From: Candidatus Poribacteria bacterium
Lineage (GTDB): Bacteria; Poribacteria; WGA-4E; WGA-3G
DNA: 64,000 nucleotides
Assembly (NCBI GenBank): GCA_965205025.1
Contig: CBDBFU010000011.1
Span: forward strand, 64,001 to 128,000
Direction of reading: 5' to 3'
Positions 9,830-20,537 of this stretch are shown here, in pieces (position 1 is the stretch's first letter; the number at the start of each line of letters is the position of its first letter). The notes under the pieces are model-generated. The model was not told where the DNA came from and ran no database searches. It worked only from the letters and a program-made list of their open reading frames with translations. Position numbers and translations under genes: made by a program.

Positions 9830-12800
9830 TCACACACCTAACTCTGGTAATCCGTTAACAATTTCATTTGTCTCCAGACTTACATAAATCACCTTTGCAA
9901 TTAGATCCACAATATAACGCGGTTCATCAACACGATTTGGGTCGTTGACAATTCCGCTGCGTTTGTCTGTCTTGACGCGATACTGGTCTATCACCCACTC
10001 CAATGCAGAACGTGTTCCGAGACGATATTCATACGTTTTCTCTGGAATACCATCAATCGTCAGAAATTCGTTATATTTCAGTTGTGTCTTATCTTTGGAC
10101 AATTTCATCTTTTCTACACGCCAATCTACCGGTACACCAGGGGTTTCAATGTATTGGAGTCCATCATATTTCGGTACGGTTTTATAGTTAACATGGATAT
10201 CAGCTAACTGTTCACCGGCATTTGCGAACCCCCAGAAATCGGGGGCAAATGGTATATGGGGTAAGTCGCGTCGTAGGTTTGCCTGATATTTTTCACGATA
10301 TTCTGGATGGTGTAGGATTCCGTAGTTATAGTAGAAAATATCCCATTTTGTGATCGCATCGTCTTTGTAGTGCTTTCGGAATTCTTCCAATGCCCAATCG
10401 GTTATGTTCTCTTTTCGTCCTGTTCCATCTTCATTATAGGTATAGAATGGAAAACATTGAGAACCACTTTGCGGAAGAAGATCAGTAATTTGAGTAGCCA
10501 TTAATGAAAACATTGGCCAGTTTGCCCCAACTTTCAGCCAAATTAAGCGATTCTCTTCTTCAGTTTCTTCGGTAGGGAAAAAAGAGGGAAACAGATAAAC
10601 ACAATTATTTAGAACACGATCAAAAAAGAAATTGGTTTTTACATAAGGACGATATAGTAAATTCCTTACTTTGGACTCAGTAAATTCAGCAATCCTTCCA
10701 CGCTGCATGTGTTGGCGTAATTCCCTATCCCATTTGATTCTTGTGTCATCATATATAACAAAATCATTTACTTTTACTTCCTGTTTTTCACGTCGTTGCC
10801 ACCTATCCATCTCAGAGTTATAGGTATCAATCATATTCTGGATATTCTTAATCAGAACATTTCGGTGATAATTATTAACCCAAGTGTCACGACCTGTTTT
10901 TACACCACTACTGAAGGACTTGAATATCACATCCTTTGTTATTCCTTTCTGTGCTTTTGCTTCCTTCGTACCCATAGGAATAAATGTATCGAATTCAACA
11001 TGAAGTCCTTCAGTTAGCCATGTGTTTTTCGTGTTTGGTTCTATCTCTTTCCATGCAATATTACCTATATGTTGTTGTTCATTTAGAAATTCAAATTTCT
11101 TCGTTCTATTCCACAAGTCATCTGTTCGATAGTAAAATATATGGGGTGTCTCTGTCTGTCTCTGTTTTGATTTAACAAATAAATTAATACATACTCCAAC
11201 CCGTATGCCGAATACATTTGCATCCGATACCTTCAATCCTTTCCGTGCATTCCCACCTAAATCCAATACATAAATCGAATCAAAATCCTCAGCAAGGTGT
11301 TTTCGCATCCCATCAAATGCCAGACCGTCAACAAATCCATTGTTTGTTACAAAAACAACAATTCCTTCTTCACCAATTCTATCTGCTGCCCATCGGATCG
11401 CTTTTATGTAGGGATCATATAGTGCACTTTTTAACTGTGCATTGGAATCTGCAGCATAGGTATCCTCAATACGTTTATCCATTGTTTCGTATTTTCGATT
11501 CCGATTATTATCACTGTCATTTACCTGCCATGCATTGTAAGGTGGATTTCCAATCACAACAAACATCTCCGCTTTTTTCTGCCGTTCCACACGATCTGTG
11601 TTTTCTTGTGTAAACATCTGAATCTGTCGATCTTCAAGCAGTTCAAACGTATCCGCAAGCGTAATACCTTCAAACGGTAAATAGGTTTGGGTGCGTTGAT
11701 AGTATTCCTGTTCTATGTTCAAACTTGCAATATAGTATGGTAGGAGCATCACCTCATTACAGTGTAGTTCATGCTGATATTTCTCTTCTAATGCTGTACC
11801 TTTAATATCCTGCATCAGACGTACTATGAAATTACCTGTACCAACAAACGGATCAATGATATGTACACCACTATCTGATAGAGAACGACCGAATTCTGTT
11901 TCCAATATATGCCCCACACTGTTTACCATAAAATCCACAATCGGTTGGGGTGTGTAGACGATCCCGTGTGTGTCCGCAACATCTTCTGAAAATCCTTGAA
12001 AGAACTTCTCATAGAATGTGTTGAGGAAATGCTGTTTTTGTGAAAAATCTCTACAGAGAGTTGCTGCTTGTTCTATAGCAACATAAAACCGATCTAACGG
12101 TTCAAGGAATGCGTCTCGACTCACTGCCTGACGCATCAAGGCATCGGTAACATTTTCAATCTCACGTGCGATGATGTTCCGTCGGGTAAAATCTGACCTA
12201 TCAAAGACTGTCCGAAAGATACGTTCTGTTAGGATGTGCTGAATCAACATTTCTTCGACTGCTGCACGTGATAGATCGGGGTTAATTGCTGAACGACATA
12301 TCTCGTAAAAGTCCATGAACGCTTTTTTAAAGGATGAGTCGGAGTCATATCGTTGTTCTATGAGTTGCTTTAAGTTATTGGCAAGATCAGGAACGTGTTC
12401 CCTGAAATCTATAACAGCGTTCTGCCAATCTGCAAGTGCGGGTGCAGTGTATCCGAAAAGGTATTGAAGGGTTGCGATAAGGTTGGCAGGTTCGGTTATT
12501 TCCAGATCAAGTGCGACCTGTCCGTTTTGTATGAGGAGTCCGCGTTCTGGTGTTTGAAAAAGGATATTTTCGAGTGGGTAGCCAACATCACGTTTCTGTT
12601 GTACGGCTTGGTATAGATCGTCATCTGTGTCTTTTGCTTCCCAATATGCGAATGGAATACCGATTTCATTTAATACTGCCCCGTCAATGACAATCCGATC
12701 ATCTGATGCGGTTTGCATGGCGTATTGTGGGATAAGGGTTGCATCTACCTGTTTAGCACAAATTGTGAGGAGTGTTTCGAAGGGTGAACTGACAGCACCT

Positions 12801-12928
12801 TCGTGTGTGACATCGTGCTGTTGGTATTGTTGTAGGGTAGCGTAGTAGTCTTTAATTGCCTTGTGTGACGGTTTTATGTTTAGCTGCCGCATATCGGTAT
12901 GATAACAGGTATTAGGGATAGATGGCAA
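9830..12928 (-). CDS. single-chain restriction-modification enzyme (N6-adenine MTase plus type ISP-like specificity domain, no helicase)
   Basis: N-terminal 'IDGAV...YWEAK' nuclease-like motif, YTPQPIV, DPFVGTGNF (SAM binding), GNPPY, and C-terminal 'YRPY', 'YGILHHPEYREKY', 'SALEWVIDQY'. Start more likely at 12892. Confidence 0.88.
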   Translation of the reverse strand: MPSIPNTCYHTDMRQLNIKPSHKAIKDYYATLQQYQQHDVTHEGAVSSPFETLLTICAKQVDATLIPQYAMQTASDDRIVIDGAVLNEIGIPFAYWEAKDTDDDLYQAVQQKRDVGYPLENILFQTPERGLLIQNGQVALDLEITEPANLIATLQYLFGYTAPALADWQNAVIDFREHVPDLANNLKQLIEQRYDSDSSFKKAFMDFYEICRSAINPDLSRAAVEEMLIQHILTERIFRTVFDRSDFTRRNIIAREIENVTDALMRQAVSRDAFLEPLDRFYVAIEQAATLCRDFSQKQHFLNTFYEKFFQGFSEDVADTHGIVYTPQPIVDFMVNSVGHILETEFGRSLSDSGVHIIDPFVGTGNFIVRLMQDIKGTALEEKYQHELHCNEVMLLPYYIASLNIEQEYYQRTQTYLPFEGITLADTFELLEDRQIQMFTQENTDRVERQKKAEMFVVIGNPPYNAWQVNDSDNNRNRKYETMDKRIEDTYAADSNAQLKSALYDPYIKAIRWAADRIGEEGIVVFVTNNGFVDGLAFDGMRKHLAEDFDSIYVLDLGGNARKGLKVSDANVFGIRVGVCINLFVKSKQRQTETPHIFYYRTDDLWNRTKKFEFLNEQQHIGNIAWKEIEPNTKNTWLTEGLHVEFDTFIPMGTKEAKAQKGITKDVIFKSFSSGVKTGRDTWVNNYHRNVLIKNIQNMIDTYNSEMDRWQRREKQEVKVNDFVIYDDTRIKWDRELRQHMQRGRIAEFTESKVRNLLYRPYVKTNFFFDRVLNNCVYLFPSFFPTEETEEENRLIWLKVGANWPMFSLMATQITDLLPQSGSQCFPFYTYNEDGTGRKENITDWALEEFRKHYKDDAITKWDIFYYNYGILHHPEYREKYQANLRRDLPHIPFAPDFWGFANAGEQLADIHVNYKTVPKYDGLQYIETPGVPVDWRVEKMKLSKDKTQLKYNEFLTIDGIPEKTYEYRLGTRSALEWVIDQYRVKTDKRSGIVNDPNRVDEPRYIVDLIAKVIYVSLETNEIVNGLPELGV

Positions 12929-13349
12929 GGATAAAAGGGTTCCTTGTAGTTTTTTCGTAGGTGAAACCCAACATTTCCAGTATGATTAGTGTTGCATGTA
13001 GTTCATATAGAAATGTGAAAATATGGTAGAAAACAAAATAACCCTGATACACAATCAAATGACTTGATAAATTCCATTGGGTATGATATATAATGGATAT
13101 AAATATTAAATTAAAAACTTGACCCAGTTAACTTATTGTTATCGGTTTTTACGGATTTTGGATTTGTACTATAAACATTCCGATTCTACCAATTCAAGGA
13201 AAAACGGTATGAATCTTACTTATGCATTCCCTTAGATTAAAGTTTGTCTCAACTAATGAAGAATATTCATACAACCCTTTTTGTGAAACACATGGTTGCT
13301 AAGAGACTTTTAGAACAAATAGGGAATATTAAAACTTAGGGTAAATTAT

Positions 13350-13745
13350 ATGTTCAATGACTTTATTAAAAAAAGACAGTTCGGGCGTTATGTCAAAGGA
13401 AGAACAAAAGATATTCTTGCTCATTATCAACTGGTGAAAACTCCTAATACCTCTAATGAAGATGTATATAAAATTCTAATTGCAAATTCGATCGAAATTC
13501 TAAGAAGTTTCGGATTTATAGATGGACAAACTCAAGAGATTGATACTTATGTGGAAAGTCTATTAATAGATACAAAGAATTTTTGTAACACACATAACAA
13601 GTCATTCGGTTTACAAGCAGTTTCCTCAGCTATCATTTCATCAGAAGCAGGTTTTATGGTAGCTGAAAATGCATGGGCAGAACCTAAAATTATCAGTAAG
13701 ATAATTGTTAGAAATGTTAGTAGTATCATACCTCAGAATTTATAG
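13350..13745 (+). CDS. hypothetical protein
   Basis: 131-aa ORF in the accessory region; no motif recognised. Confidence 0.55.
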   Translation: MFNDFIKKRQFGRYVKGRTKDILAHYQLVKTPNTSNEDVYKILIANSIEILRSFGFIDGQTQEIDTYVESLLIDTKNFCNTHNKSFGLQAVSSAIISSEAGFMVAENAWAEPKIISKIIVRNVSSIIPQNL

Positions 13746-13821
13746 GGTATAACTACCACGGCGCAGTTTCCCACTGGAACACATCCTCAGAGGATTGTCT
13801 CAATTCCTAAGTTGCAGAGCA

Positions 13822-16818
13822 TTACTTTATTATTAACATCCTCCGCGTGGCAGTAAACTCCCCAGCGGTAAGCGAGTAGAAATACAGACCACTGGAAACA
13901 GATTCTCCTATCTGGTTTTTCCCATCCCAATATACTGCACGGTTACGACTCTGATAAATGCCAGCAGCCTTATTACCTAATTCTAATTGTCTGACTATTT
14001 CCCCATCTGCAGCATATATGGATATACTAACATCAGCAGGTTTTGCCAGTTGATAAGGTATCCATGTCTCAGGGTTAAACGGATTTGGATAGTTTGGTAA
14101 GAGTGCAGTCGTTTCTGGAAGCATCGTAAGTAAGAGGTTTTGTAGCATATGGATACCTCTGCGGAAGGTTGGACTGCCATTATCCGCTTGCATTGCTTGC
14201 GCGATCCAACTTTGGATCTGGTCAGCAGTTGGAAGGGGCACTGCTGGTGCAGCCGGTCCTTCCGCTCCAATTTCACTTGCAACGATGACTAAATCCAAAA
14301 TATTGACAGTGCCATCACCATTGACGTCTGATCTCTCGATTGATATGTCGAACGATGAAATGATTACGAGATCAAGTATGTTGGTTACCCCGTCTTCGTT
14401 GACATCAGAATCAGCATAGACAGTGCCATCATCCACTTTAAAGCGAACAATTTCCGTAAAGTTTGATCGTCGTGTATTACCCGCTTTATCAAATACAGTC
14501 ATCTCAGCAAGTCCCCAAGTGCCCGGGACACTGCCAACAGGTAAAGTAATGTTTAGCTGATAGGTTTTATAGACGGTCGGATCCCCCATAAAATACATGT
14601 AGTTATGGTCAGGAGCCCCGTGGTTGTATTGGTGCATTACACCTTGCGGATCACGGAGAAGTATTTTTGCTGAACTATATCCACTAATGTCATCTTTTGC
14701 TCTGAAGGTAATATCAACAAGGGTTTCGCCATTGGGGTCTTCAGGACGAGTAGGTTCTGCATTGATCGTAATTTGATTTACGTCCAACACTGGCGGCGTG
14801 CTATCCGGGAACCGCGTTTTAATCTCTATTGTGTAAGGTCCTTCGTCAAGCACAAACTGATCGTTTTTGCTTCTTATTACCTGTGGCGATTCTGGTGGAA
14901 TAAACCAGACACCGACACGGTTCCCCGGAATATCTTCTGTTGAAATGTGAGCAAGTGAATAAGTTCCACTCTGGTGATATTCTGGTACAGTTATCTTAGC
15001 CTGGACTTCACCACCTTGTTGTGCTATGGCTTTTCCCTCTTTTTCCCCGTACCAATTACCACCACCTATAGAATAGGTTTCACGATTATTATCATTCATT
15101 GAGGTAGCACAAGCCGCGACGCCACTACTTTCAATAACCCGCCAATGCACATGAACGATTTGATATGGATTTCCCTTTTCAGTTACCTCTTGTGACAAAG
15201 AGAGTCTCACCGAATTTTTGACATAAATAGGTCCTTCTAAATCCTCAAGCGGATTCTCAATATAGAGTTTCCATCCGATATTGTTTTGGGATTGGTGCCG
15301 TTCGTTGCCATTAGCATCCCATAAGTGAATCTGATCTGGTGTCCAAAAACCACTTGATGCATAGCGTGATAAGGTGAGATGTCCTCGAAAAATATGCCCC
15401 GCCGGGACAGGTTGACCATTGGAGTCTATTGGATAAAGACGCATCTCTGCAAATGAGTCTTTTTCACTAAACATCCGTATGTATGCTTGATGCGCTGTAT
15501 CCAAGTCGTTCTCACCATGAATTTCAATCTCAATGTAAATTTGCTTATCTTCCTCGGGTTTACCCTGAACCTGTATGTCAACCCGTATAATTCGCCCCGG
15601 ATAGACATAGTCAGGATAGAGATTATAGACTTCAAAGGTTAAGTCTTTACGTATCTGTGAGATGTAACGTGTGCCGTGCATCACTCTATTCTGGATAAAT
15701 TCGTATTTGGCGGGTGATCGTGAACGCAACTTGTCGGGGTTTACTATATAGAAACTTATACTCTCTGCCATATCTTCATTCGGGTTCACGCCATGGGCAT
15801 AGGCAGATACAAATTCGGTCTGTTTTGTAGTTGACCAACCATCTGGATCATCAGGGTTTTCATACCATCCACCGAGTTCAATCCAATCCTGTTTGAGTTG
15901 TTCTTCAAAAAGATGGTCCCAAAGGAAATGTGCTTTTTCATGCAAGATTAGACGGTGTATAGCATCGATGCCTTGCTTTTTAAACGCAATTTCCATAAAT
16001 TCGATATAGCCAGCACCCGTCCATGCAACAGCACTTGCTTCTGGATAAAGTGGATGTGGTGTTCCATCTAAACGTCTAACCAGATATTTCAGTCCGGGTG
16101 TTTTGAGCATACCTTGCGGAAACTCTTCAAGCATTGAGACGAGTGCCATCAGTTCTTCGTTCTTAAATCTCGTGAATCGACCGGCGTGTTCACCCGTTGT
16201 ATGACGTGTCAGTTCGGTATAATCAGGAACTTCTATACTGACATCGTAACGGTCTCTCAATATCCGTATAAACCCGAATCTATGCGTTCCATTATTCGTT
16301 ACGAACCGAACGACCGCACGGTGTAGCCTTTTAGAGAAATATCTACCCCGAACCCCTTCGATTTCAGCAAATAGCGGTTTGGTATAGGTAAATGCGTCTT
16401 TGGAAATCGTGACAATCTTCGTATCACCTTGAAATTCAATCTCAATGTCATCTTGGATGTGTCTATCAGTGAGTTTCCATACGGAGTTCGCTACCTGATT
16501 TTCCGTTTCACGGATGTTATTTTTTGGCTGCGGAACAGATTCAAAGGTCTGTAGTAGTTTGTATGCGTGTTCAGCAGTCCATTCAGTACCGAGATGAACA
16601 GAATACCGATGCATCAACCATAAAGATGCGCTATTAGATGATATTTCTATCTGTTCATCTAATATGGTTACTTCTATGGGTTCAATAACGGTAGCACTTT
16701 CTTGTCCTTCGGGTGTTTCATCTATTTCCCAAGAAAATTCATAGGCTTTGGAATCATTGATAATCAAAAACAGAGTGGATATAATGACTACAGTTATAAA
16801 TATTATTCGTAATTTCAT
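13822..16818 (-). CDS. secreted HExxH zinc-metalloprotease-like protein with dockerin-like repeats and FlgD/T9SS-like C-terminal domain
   Basis: Start placed at MKLRII (16818) by alignment with the paralogue. Signal peptide; ILHEKAH and FVSAYAH..NEDMAES; DVNEDGVTNILDL and DVNGDGTVNILDL; LLPNYPNPFNPETWIPY...RRMLIIK. Confidence 0.85.
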   Translation of the reverse strand: MKLRIIFITVVIISTLFLIINDSKAYEFSWEIDETPEGQESATVIEPIEVTILDEQIEISSNSASLWLMHRYSVHLGTEWTAEHAYKLLQTFESVPQPKNNIRETENQVANSVWKLTDRHIQDDIEIEFQGDTKIVTISKDAFTYTKPLFAEIEGVRGRYFSKRLHRAVVRFVTNNGTHRFGFIRILRDRYDVSIEVPDYTELTRHTTGEHAGRFTRFKNEELMALVSMLEEFPQGMLKTPGLKYLVRRLDGTPHPLYPEASAVAWTGAGYIEFMEIAFKKQGIDAIHRLILHEKAHFLWDHLFEEQLKQDWIELGGWYENPDDPDGWSTTKQTEFVSAYAHGVNPNEDMAESISFYIVNPDKLRSRSPAKYEFIQNRVMHGTRYISQIRKDLTFEVYNLYPDYVYPGRIIRVDIQVQGKPEEDKQIYIEIEIHGENDLDTAHQAYIRMFSEKDSFAEMRLYPIDSNGQPVPAGHIFRGHLTLSRYASSGFWTPDQIHLWDANGNERHQSQNNIGWKLYIENPLEDLEGPIYVKNSVRLSLSQEVTEKGNPYQIVHVHWRVIESSGVAACATSMNDNNRETYSIGGGNWYGEKEGKAIAQQGGEVQAKITVPEYHQSGTYSLAHISTEDIPGNRVGVWFIPPESPQVIRSKNDQFVLDEGPYTIEIKTRFPDSTPPVLDVNQITINAEPTRPEDPNGETLVDITFRAKDDISGYSSAKILLRDPQGVMHQYNHGAPDHNYMYFMGDPTVYKTYQLNITLPVGSVPGTWGLAEMTVFDKAGNTRRSNFTEIVRFKVDDGTVYADSDVNEDGVTNILDLVIISSFDISIERSDVNGDGTVNILDLVIVASEIGAEGPAAPAVPLPTADQIQSWIAQAMQADNGSPTFRRGIHMLQNLLLTMLPETTALLPNYPNPFNPETWIPYQLAKPADVSISIYAADGEIVRQLELGNKAAGIYQSRNRAVYWDGKNQIGESVSSGLYFYSLTAGEFTATRRMLIIK

Positions 16819-16989
16819 GGGAAGTTGTTTATTTCCTTGTAATCTGTTCATTGACAATGGTATGTTGATACAATTAAGGTATGATTTCAATCTCTACTGT
16901 TGAAATACGATTAGGTAATTAACTCAAAGTTCATTTATAGGTAAGAATTCTGTATACAATTTTACTCCAGTGGTTAACCGAGTTTCCAT

Positions 16990-17265
16990 TTACCCTCCGA
17001 AGATTTTGCTCATGAACAAAACGATAATGCCAATACTTACACCGATGTTCACAAATAAAAGAAGGGGTCGCATCCATTGACATTTCTTATTATAGCCCAT
17101 TCTCAATGCCTGCCAACTGAGCCATCCCCCTAAGCACAGCAGCGATAGACCGACTAATTCGGTTGTGATAAAAGTCAACACCATACCCAGCAGAAGCAAT
17201 AGTGTCCCGTAAAAATTAAAGCGCTGTGCCGGTGACCCATGAACTCGAAATAATACAAACTTCAT
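16990..17265 (-). CDS. small hypothetical membrane protein
   Basis: 91 aa with three hydrophobic segments, located between the two protease paralogues. Confidence 0.5.
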   Translation of the reverse strand: MKFVLFRVHGSPAQRFNFYGTLLLLLGMVLTFITTELVGLSLLCLGGWLSWQALRMGYNKKCQWMRPLLLFVNIGVSIGIIVLFMSKIFGG

Positions 17266-17274
17266 AACGATTGC

Positions 17275-17871
17275 CTACTTCAGAATTAACATCCTCCGCG
17301 TTGCAGAAAACTCACCTGCTATCAATGTATAGAGGTAAACGCCACTTGCAACAGGCTCACCAACATTATTCTTACCATCCCAATATGCAGCACGGTTTCT
17401 GTCATGATAAATCCCCGCAGGCTTCACACCCAAATCGAGCGTTCGGATAACCTTAGCATCTGCTGAATAGATCGTCAGTGTTACGTCTGTGGACTTCGCG
17501 AGTTGATATGGTATCCACGTTTCCGGGTTAAACGGATTTGGATAGTTTGGTAAGAGTGCAGTTGTTTCAGGTTGTATTTTTCGTAGCAGATTTTGTAGAA
17601 CATGTATTGCGGTTCTGAATGCTATACTACCGTCATCGGCTTGCGAAATATCTGAAAGTATAGTTTCTATCTGATTCTGGGTGGCATATATCGGTGCAGC
17701 GTTGACTTCTTCAGTCACTTCGTTAGCTACAGCGACTAAATCTAAAATGCTTACAGTACCATCATTGTTTACATCTGCATCACTGTTTTGTGTACCAATT
17801 GCTTGTGCGACAATAATTAAATCAAGTATGTTGATTTGACCATCCTTGTTCACATCTGATTCAGTGTACAT
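17275..17871 (-). CDS. dockerin-like plus FlgD/T9SS-like tail, detached 3' part of the 17883-20225 gene
   Basis: Aligns with the last ~200 aa of 13822-16818; separated from the upstream ORF by a 20-bp tandem duplication. Confidence 0.8.
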   Translation of the reverse strand: MYTESDVNKDGQINILDLIIVAQAIGTQNSDADVNNDGTVSILDLVAVANEVTEEVNAAPIYATQNQIETILSDISQADDGSIAFRTAIHVLQNLLRKIQPETTALLPNYPNPFNPETWIPYQLAKSTDVTLTIYSADAKVIRTLDLGVKPAGIYHDRNRAAYWDGKNNVGEPVASGVYLYTLIAGEFSATRRMLILK

Positions 17872-17872
17872 T

Positions 17873-17912
17873 GAATCGTCTTCTATCTCAAAGAATTGTC
17901 TTCTATCTCAAA
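17873..17912. repeat. 20-bp tandem duplication causing a frameshift
   Basis: GAATCGTCTTCTATCTCAAA followed by GAATTGTCTTCTATCTCAAA (one mismatch). Confidence 0.92.
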
Positions 17913-20225
17913 TCGTATAATTTCTGTAAAATCATAACGTTTTGTGTTTCCTGCTTTATCAAAGATAGTCATCTCAGAAAGTCCCCAAATACCAGGAACA
18001 CTTCCTACGGGTAGAACAATTATCTGCTGATATTCTTTGTAAACGGTGGGATCACCAGGAAAATACATATAATCTCGATTTTCAGGATAATGATAAAAGT
18101 GGTGTGTAACACCTTGTGGATCTCTTAACTTCATATTACCGATCGTATAACCGCTGATGTTATCTTTAACAGTAAAGATTATATCAACTTTAGTTTCTCC
18201 GTTTGGTGCTTCAGGTCTTGTCGGTTCAGCTTTAATTGTGATGTTGTTAACATCCAACATAGGCGGTTCTAAATCGGGGTTTTTCGTTTTTATTTCTATT
18301 CTTTGTGGTTCTTCATCACTTGACTCATCTGTAAAATATATATTTGAAAAGTTTAGTGCAACATCACGCATACCGATTCTATTGAGTTCATAAACTCCAC
18401 TTGGCATGTAATCAGGAAATTCAAAGTTTACAGTTGCTATATTGGTCTCTTTGTCGTAAGTTCCGTATTCAGTTCTTGAGTATGTATTAGCAAATGTATC
18501 ATTCATACTGGCGTCAAGTCTATCAATATCTGTTTCTTCTATTACTTTCCATGTTGCTGTAACCTGTTGGTATGGTTGTCCTTGTCTATTTGTTGAATTA
18601 GATAGTGAAAGTCGCAGTGAGTTATTCTCATATTTTGGTGGTTCACAGTCGGCTAATGGATTATCTATATAGAGTTTCCATCCAAAATTTGTTTGTGATT
18701 CGTGTCGTTCATTACCATTTGCATCCCACAGTTCAATTGTATCTGGGTTCCAATAACCACCTACAGCGTAACGTGATAGTTTTGCTTGTCCACGTAAGAT
18801 TTGTCCTGAAGCAACTCTTTGTCCATCAGGTGTGTGCGGTTGTAACCAAGCTATATCAAACCAAGTTCCTTTTTCGCTATATACTCTTATATATGCAGTG
18901 CTTACACTGTCTAATTCGTTTTCCCTGTGAATTTCAATTTCTACCGTGATTAGTTTATCTTCTTCAGGTTCGCCTTCTACTTTTATATTTATTCGCTTAA
19001 TCTTCCCTGGATAGACGTAATCGGGATAAAGGTTGTAGACTTTGAAAGTTAAATCTTCGCGTATTTGTGAGATGAAACGTGTTCCATGCATTATACGACT
19101 TTGAATAAATTCGTACTTAGCAGGCGCACGTGAACGTAATTTATCAGGATCCACAATGTAAAAACTAATACTCTCTGCCATATCCTCATTTGGATTTTTC
19201 CCGTGGGCATAGGCTGAAACGAACTCTATCTGTTTTGTTGTAGACCATCCATCCTTGTCATCTGGGTTTTCATACCAGCCTCCAAGCTCAATCCAATCCT
19301 CCTTAAGCTGTTCATCAAAAAGGTGCGCCCACAAGAAATGTGCTTTCTCGTGTAAAATTAGACGGTGTATATAATCAAGTCCCTGTCCTTGAAATGCCGA
19401 CTCCATGAATTCAATATATCCCTCACTGGGCCACGCAACAGCAGGAGCAGTAGGATATATGGGATGTATCGTACCATCAAGACGTCTCACAATGTATTTG
19501 AGTCCAGGTATTTTCAACATTCCTGAAGGGTATTCTTCAAGCATAGATGTAAGTGCTATGAGCTCCTCACTCTTGAATTGAGAAAACCGTGATGCTTCTT
19601 CGCCAGTTGTGTCTTCCGTCAGTTCTTCATAATCTGGTATATCTATGCTTAGATTATAACGTTCTCGCAGAATATTCTTGATAGCGGATTTGTCATTGCC
19701 ATTATCGGATACAAACCGTACGATTGATCGGTGCAGACGTTTTGAAAAATACTTCCCACGCACACCCTCTATTTCGGCTAAGAAAGGATTGGCATGAGTA
19801 AAAGCATCTGATGCAATAGTAACAACTTGTACGTCTCCGTTATATTCTATTTCTATATCGTTATGAATATGCTTATTACTAATTTTCCAAATTGAAACTG
19901 GTACTTGGTTAGGAAAACGTAGATTGTTTTTTCTTTGCGGAATAGACTCAAAAGCTTGCAATAACCGAGAAGCATAAGCTCCATTCCATTCTGATGTCAG
20001 AAGTACAGAATATCGTTTCAGTAACCATATTGAGGCACTGTCAGATGCGATTTCTGTTTTTTCATCAAGTATATTGACTTGTATGGGGTCAACTATAGTG
20101 GCACTTTCTTGACCTTCAGGTGTTTCATCTATTTCCCAAGAAAATTCAAAGGCTTTGGAATCATTGAGTATCAAAAACAGAGTGGATATAATGACTACAG
20201 TTATAATTATTATTCGTAATTTCAT
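17883..20225 (-). CDS. secreted HExxH metalloprotease-like protein, paralogue of 13822-16818, truncated before the sorting tail
   Basis: Near-identical signal peptide; ILHEKAH and NEDMAES; collinear with the paralogue up to FTEIIRFEIED. Confidence 0.85.
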   Translation of the reverse strand: MKLRIIIITVVIISTLFLILNDSKAFEFSWEIDETPEGQESATIVDPIQVNILDEKTEIASDSASIWLLKRYSVLLTSEWNGAYASRLLQAFESIPQRKNNLRFPNQVPVSIWKISNKHIHNDIEIEYNGDVQVVTIASDAFTHANPFLAEIEGVRGKYFSKRLHRSIVRFVSDNGNDKSAIKNILRERYNLSIDIPDYEELTEDTTGEEASRFSQFKSEELIALTSMLEEYPSGMLKIPGLKYIVRRLDGTIHPIYPTAPAVAWPSEGYIEFMESAFQGQGLDYIHRLILHEKAHFLWAHLFDEQLKEDWIELGGWYENPDDKDGWSTTKQIEFVSAYAHGKNPNEDMAESISFYIVDPDKLRSRAPAKYEFIQSRIMHGTRFISQIREDLTFKVYNLYPDYVYPGKIKRINIKVEGEPEEDKLITVEIEIHRENELDSVSTAYIRVYSEKGTWFDIAWLQPHTPDGQRVASGQILRGQAKLSRYAVGGYWNPDTIELWDANGNERHESQTNFGWKLYIDNPLADCEPPKYENNSLRLSLSNSTNRQGQPYQQVTATWKVIEETDIDRLDASMNDTFANTYSRTEYGTYDKETNIATVNFEFPDYMPSGVYELNRIGMRDVALNFSNIYFTDESSDEEPQRIEIKTKNPDLEPPMLDVNNITIKAEPTRPEAPNGETKVDIIFTVKDNISGYTIGNMKLRDPQGVTHHFYHYPENRDYMYFPGDPTVYKEYQQIIVLPVGSVPGIWGLSEMTIFDKAGNTKRYDFTEIIRFEIEDNSLR

Positions 20226-20537
20226 GGGAAGTTGTTTAACTCCTTATAACCTGTTCATTGACAATGGTATGTTTGTTCATACAAATAAGGAATGATTTCA
20301 ATCTCTACTGATGAAATACAATTAGGTAATTAGCTCAAAACTCATTTTGTAGATATTATCATAATATAAACGATCTAAAACCAGAATATATATTATATGT
20401 TCATTAATACTATAACAGGTCTGAATACTACTATAAGTATATGGAATATGAAACTATATGTCAATTAGAAATATGAGATAAGGGTACGTAAATAATTTGC
20501 CTTTAATGGTATCAGATAAAAACAAAGATATATTCCG

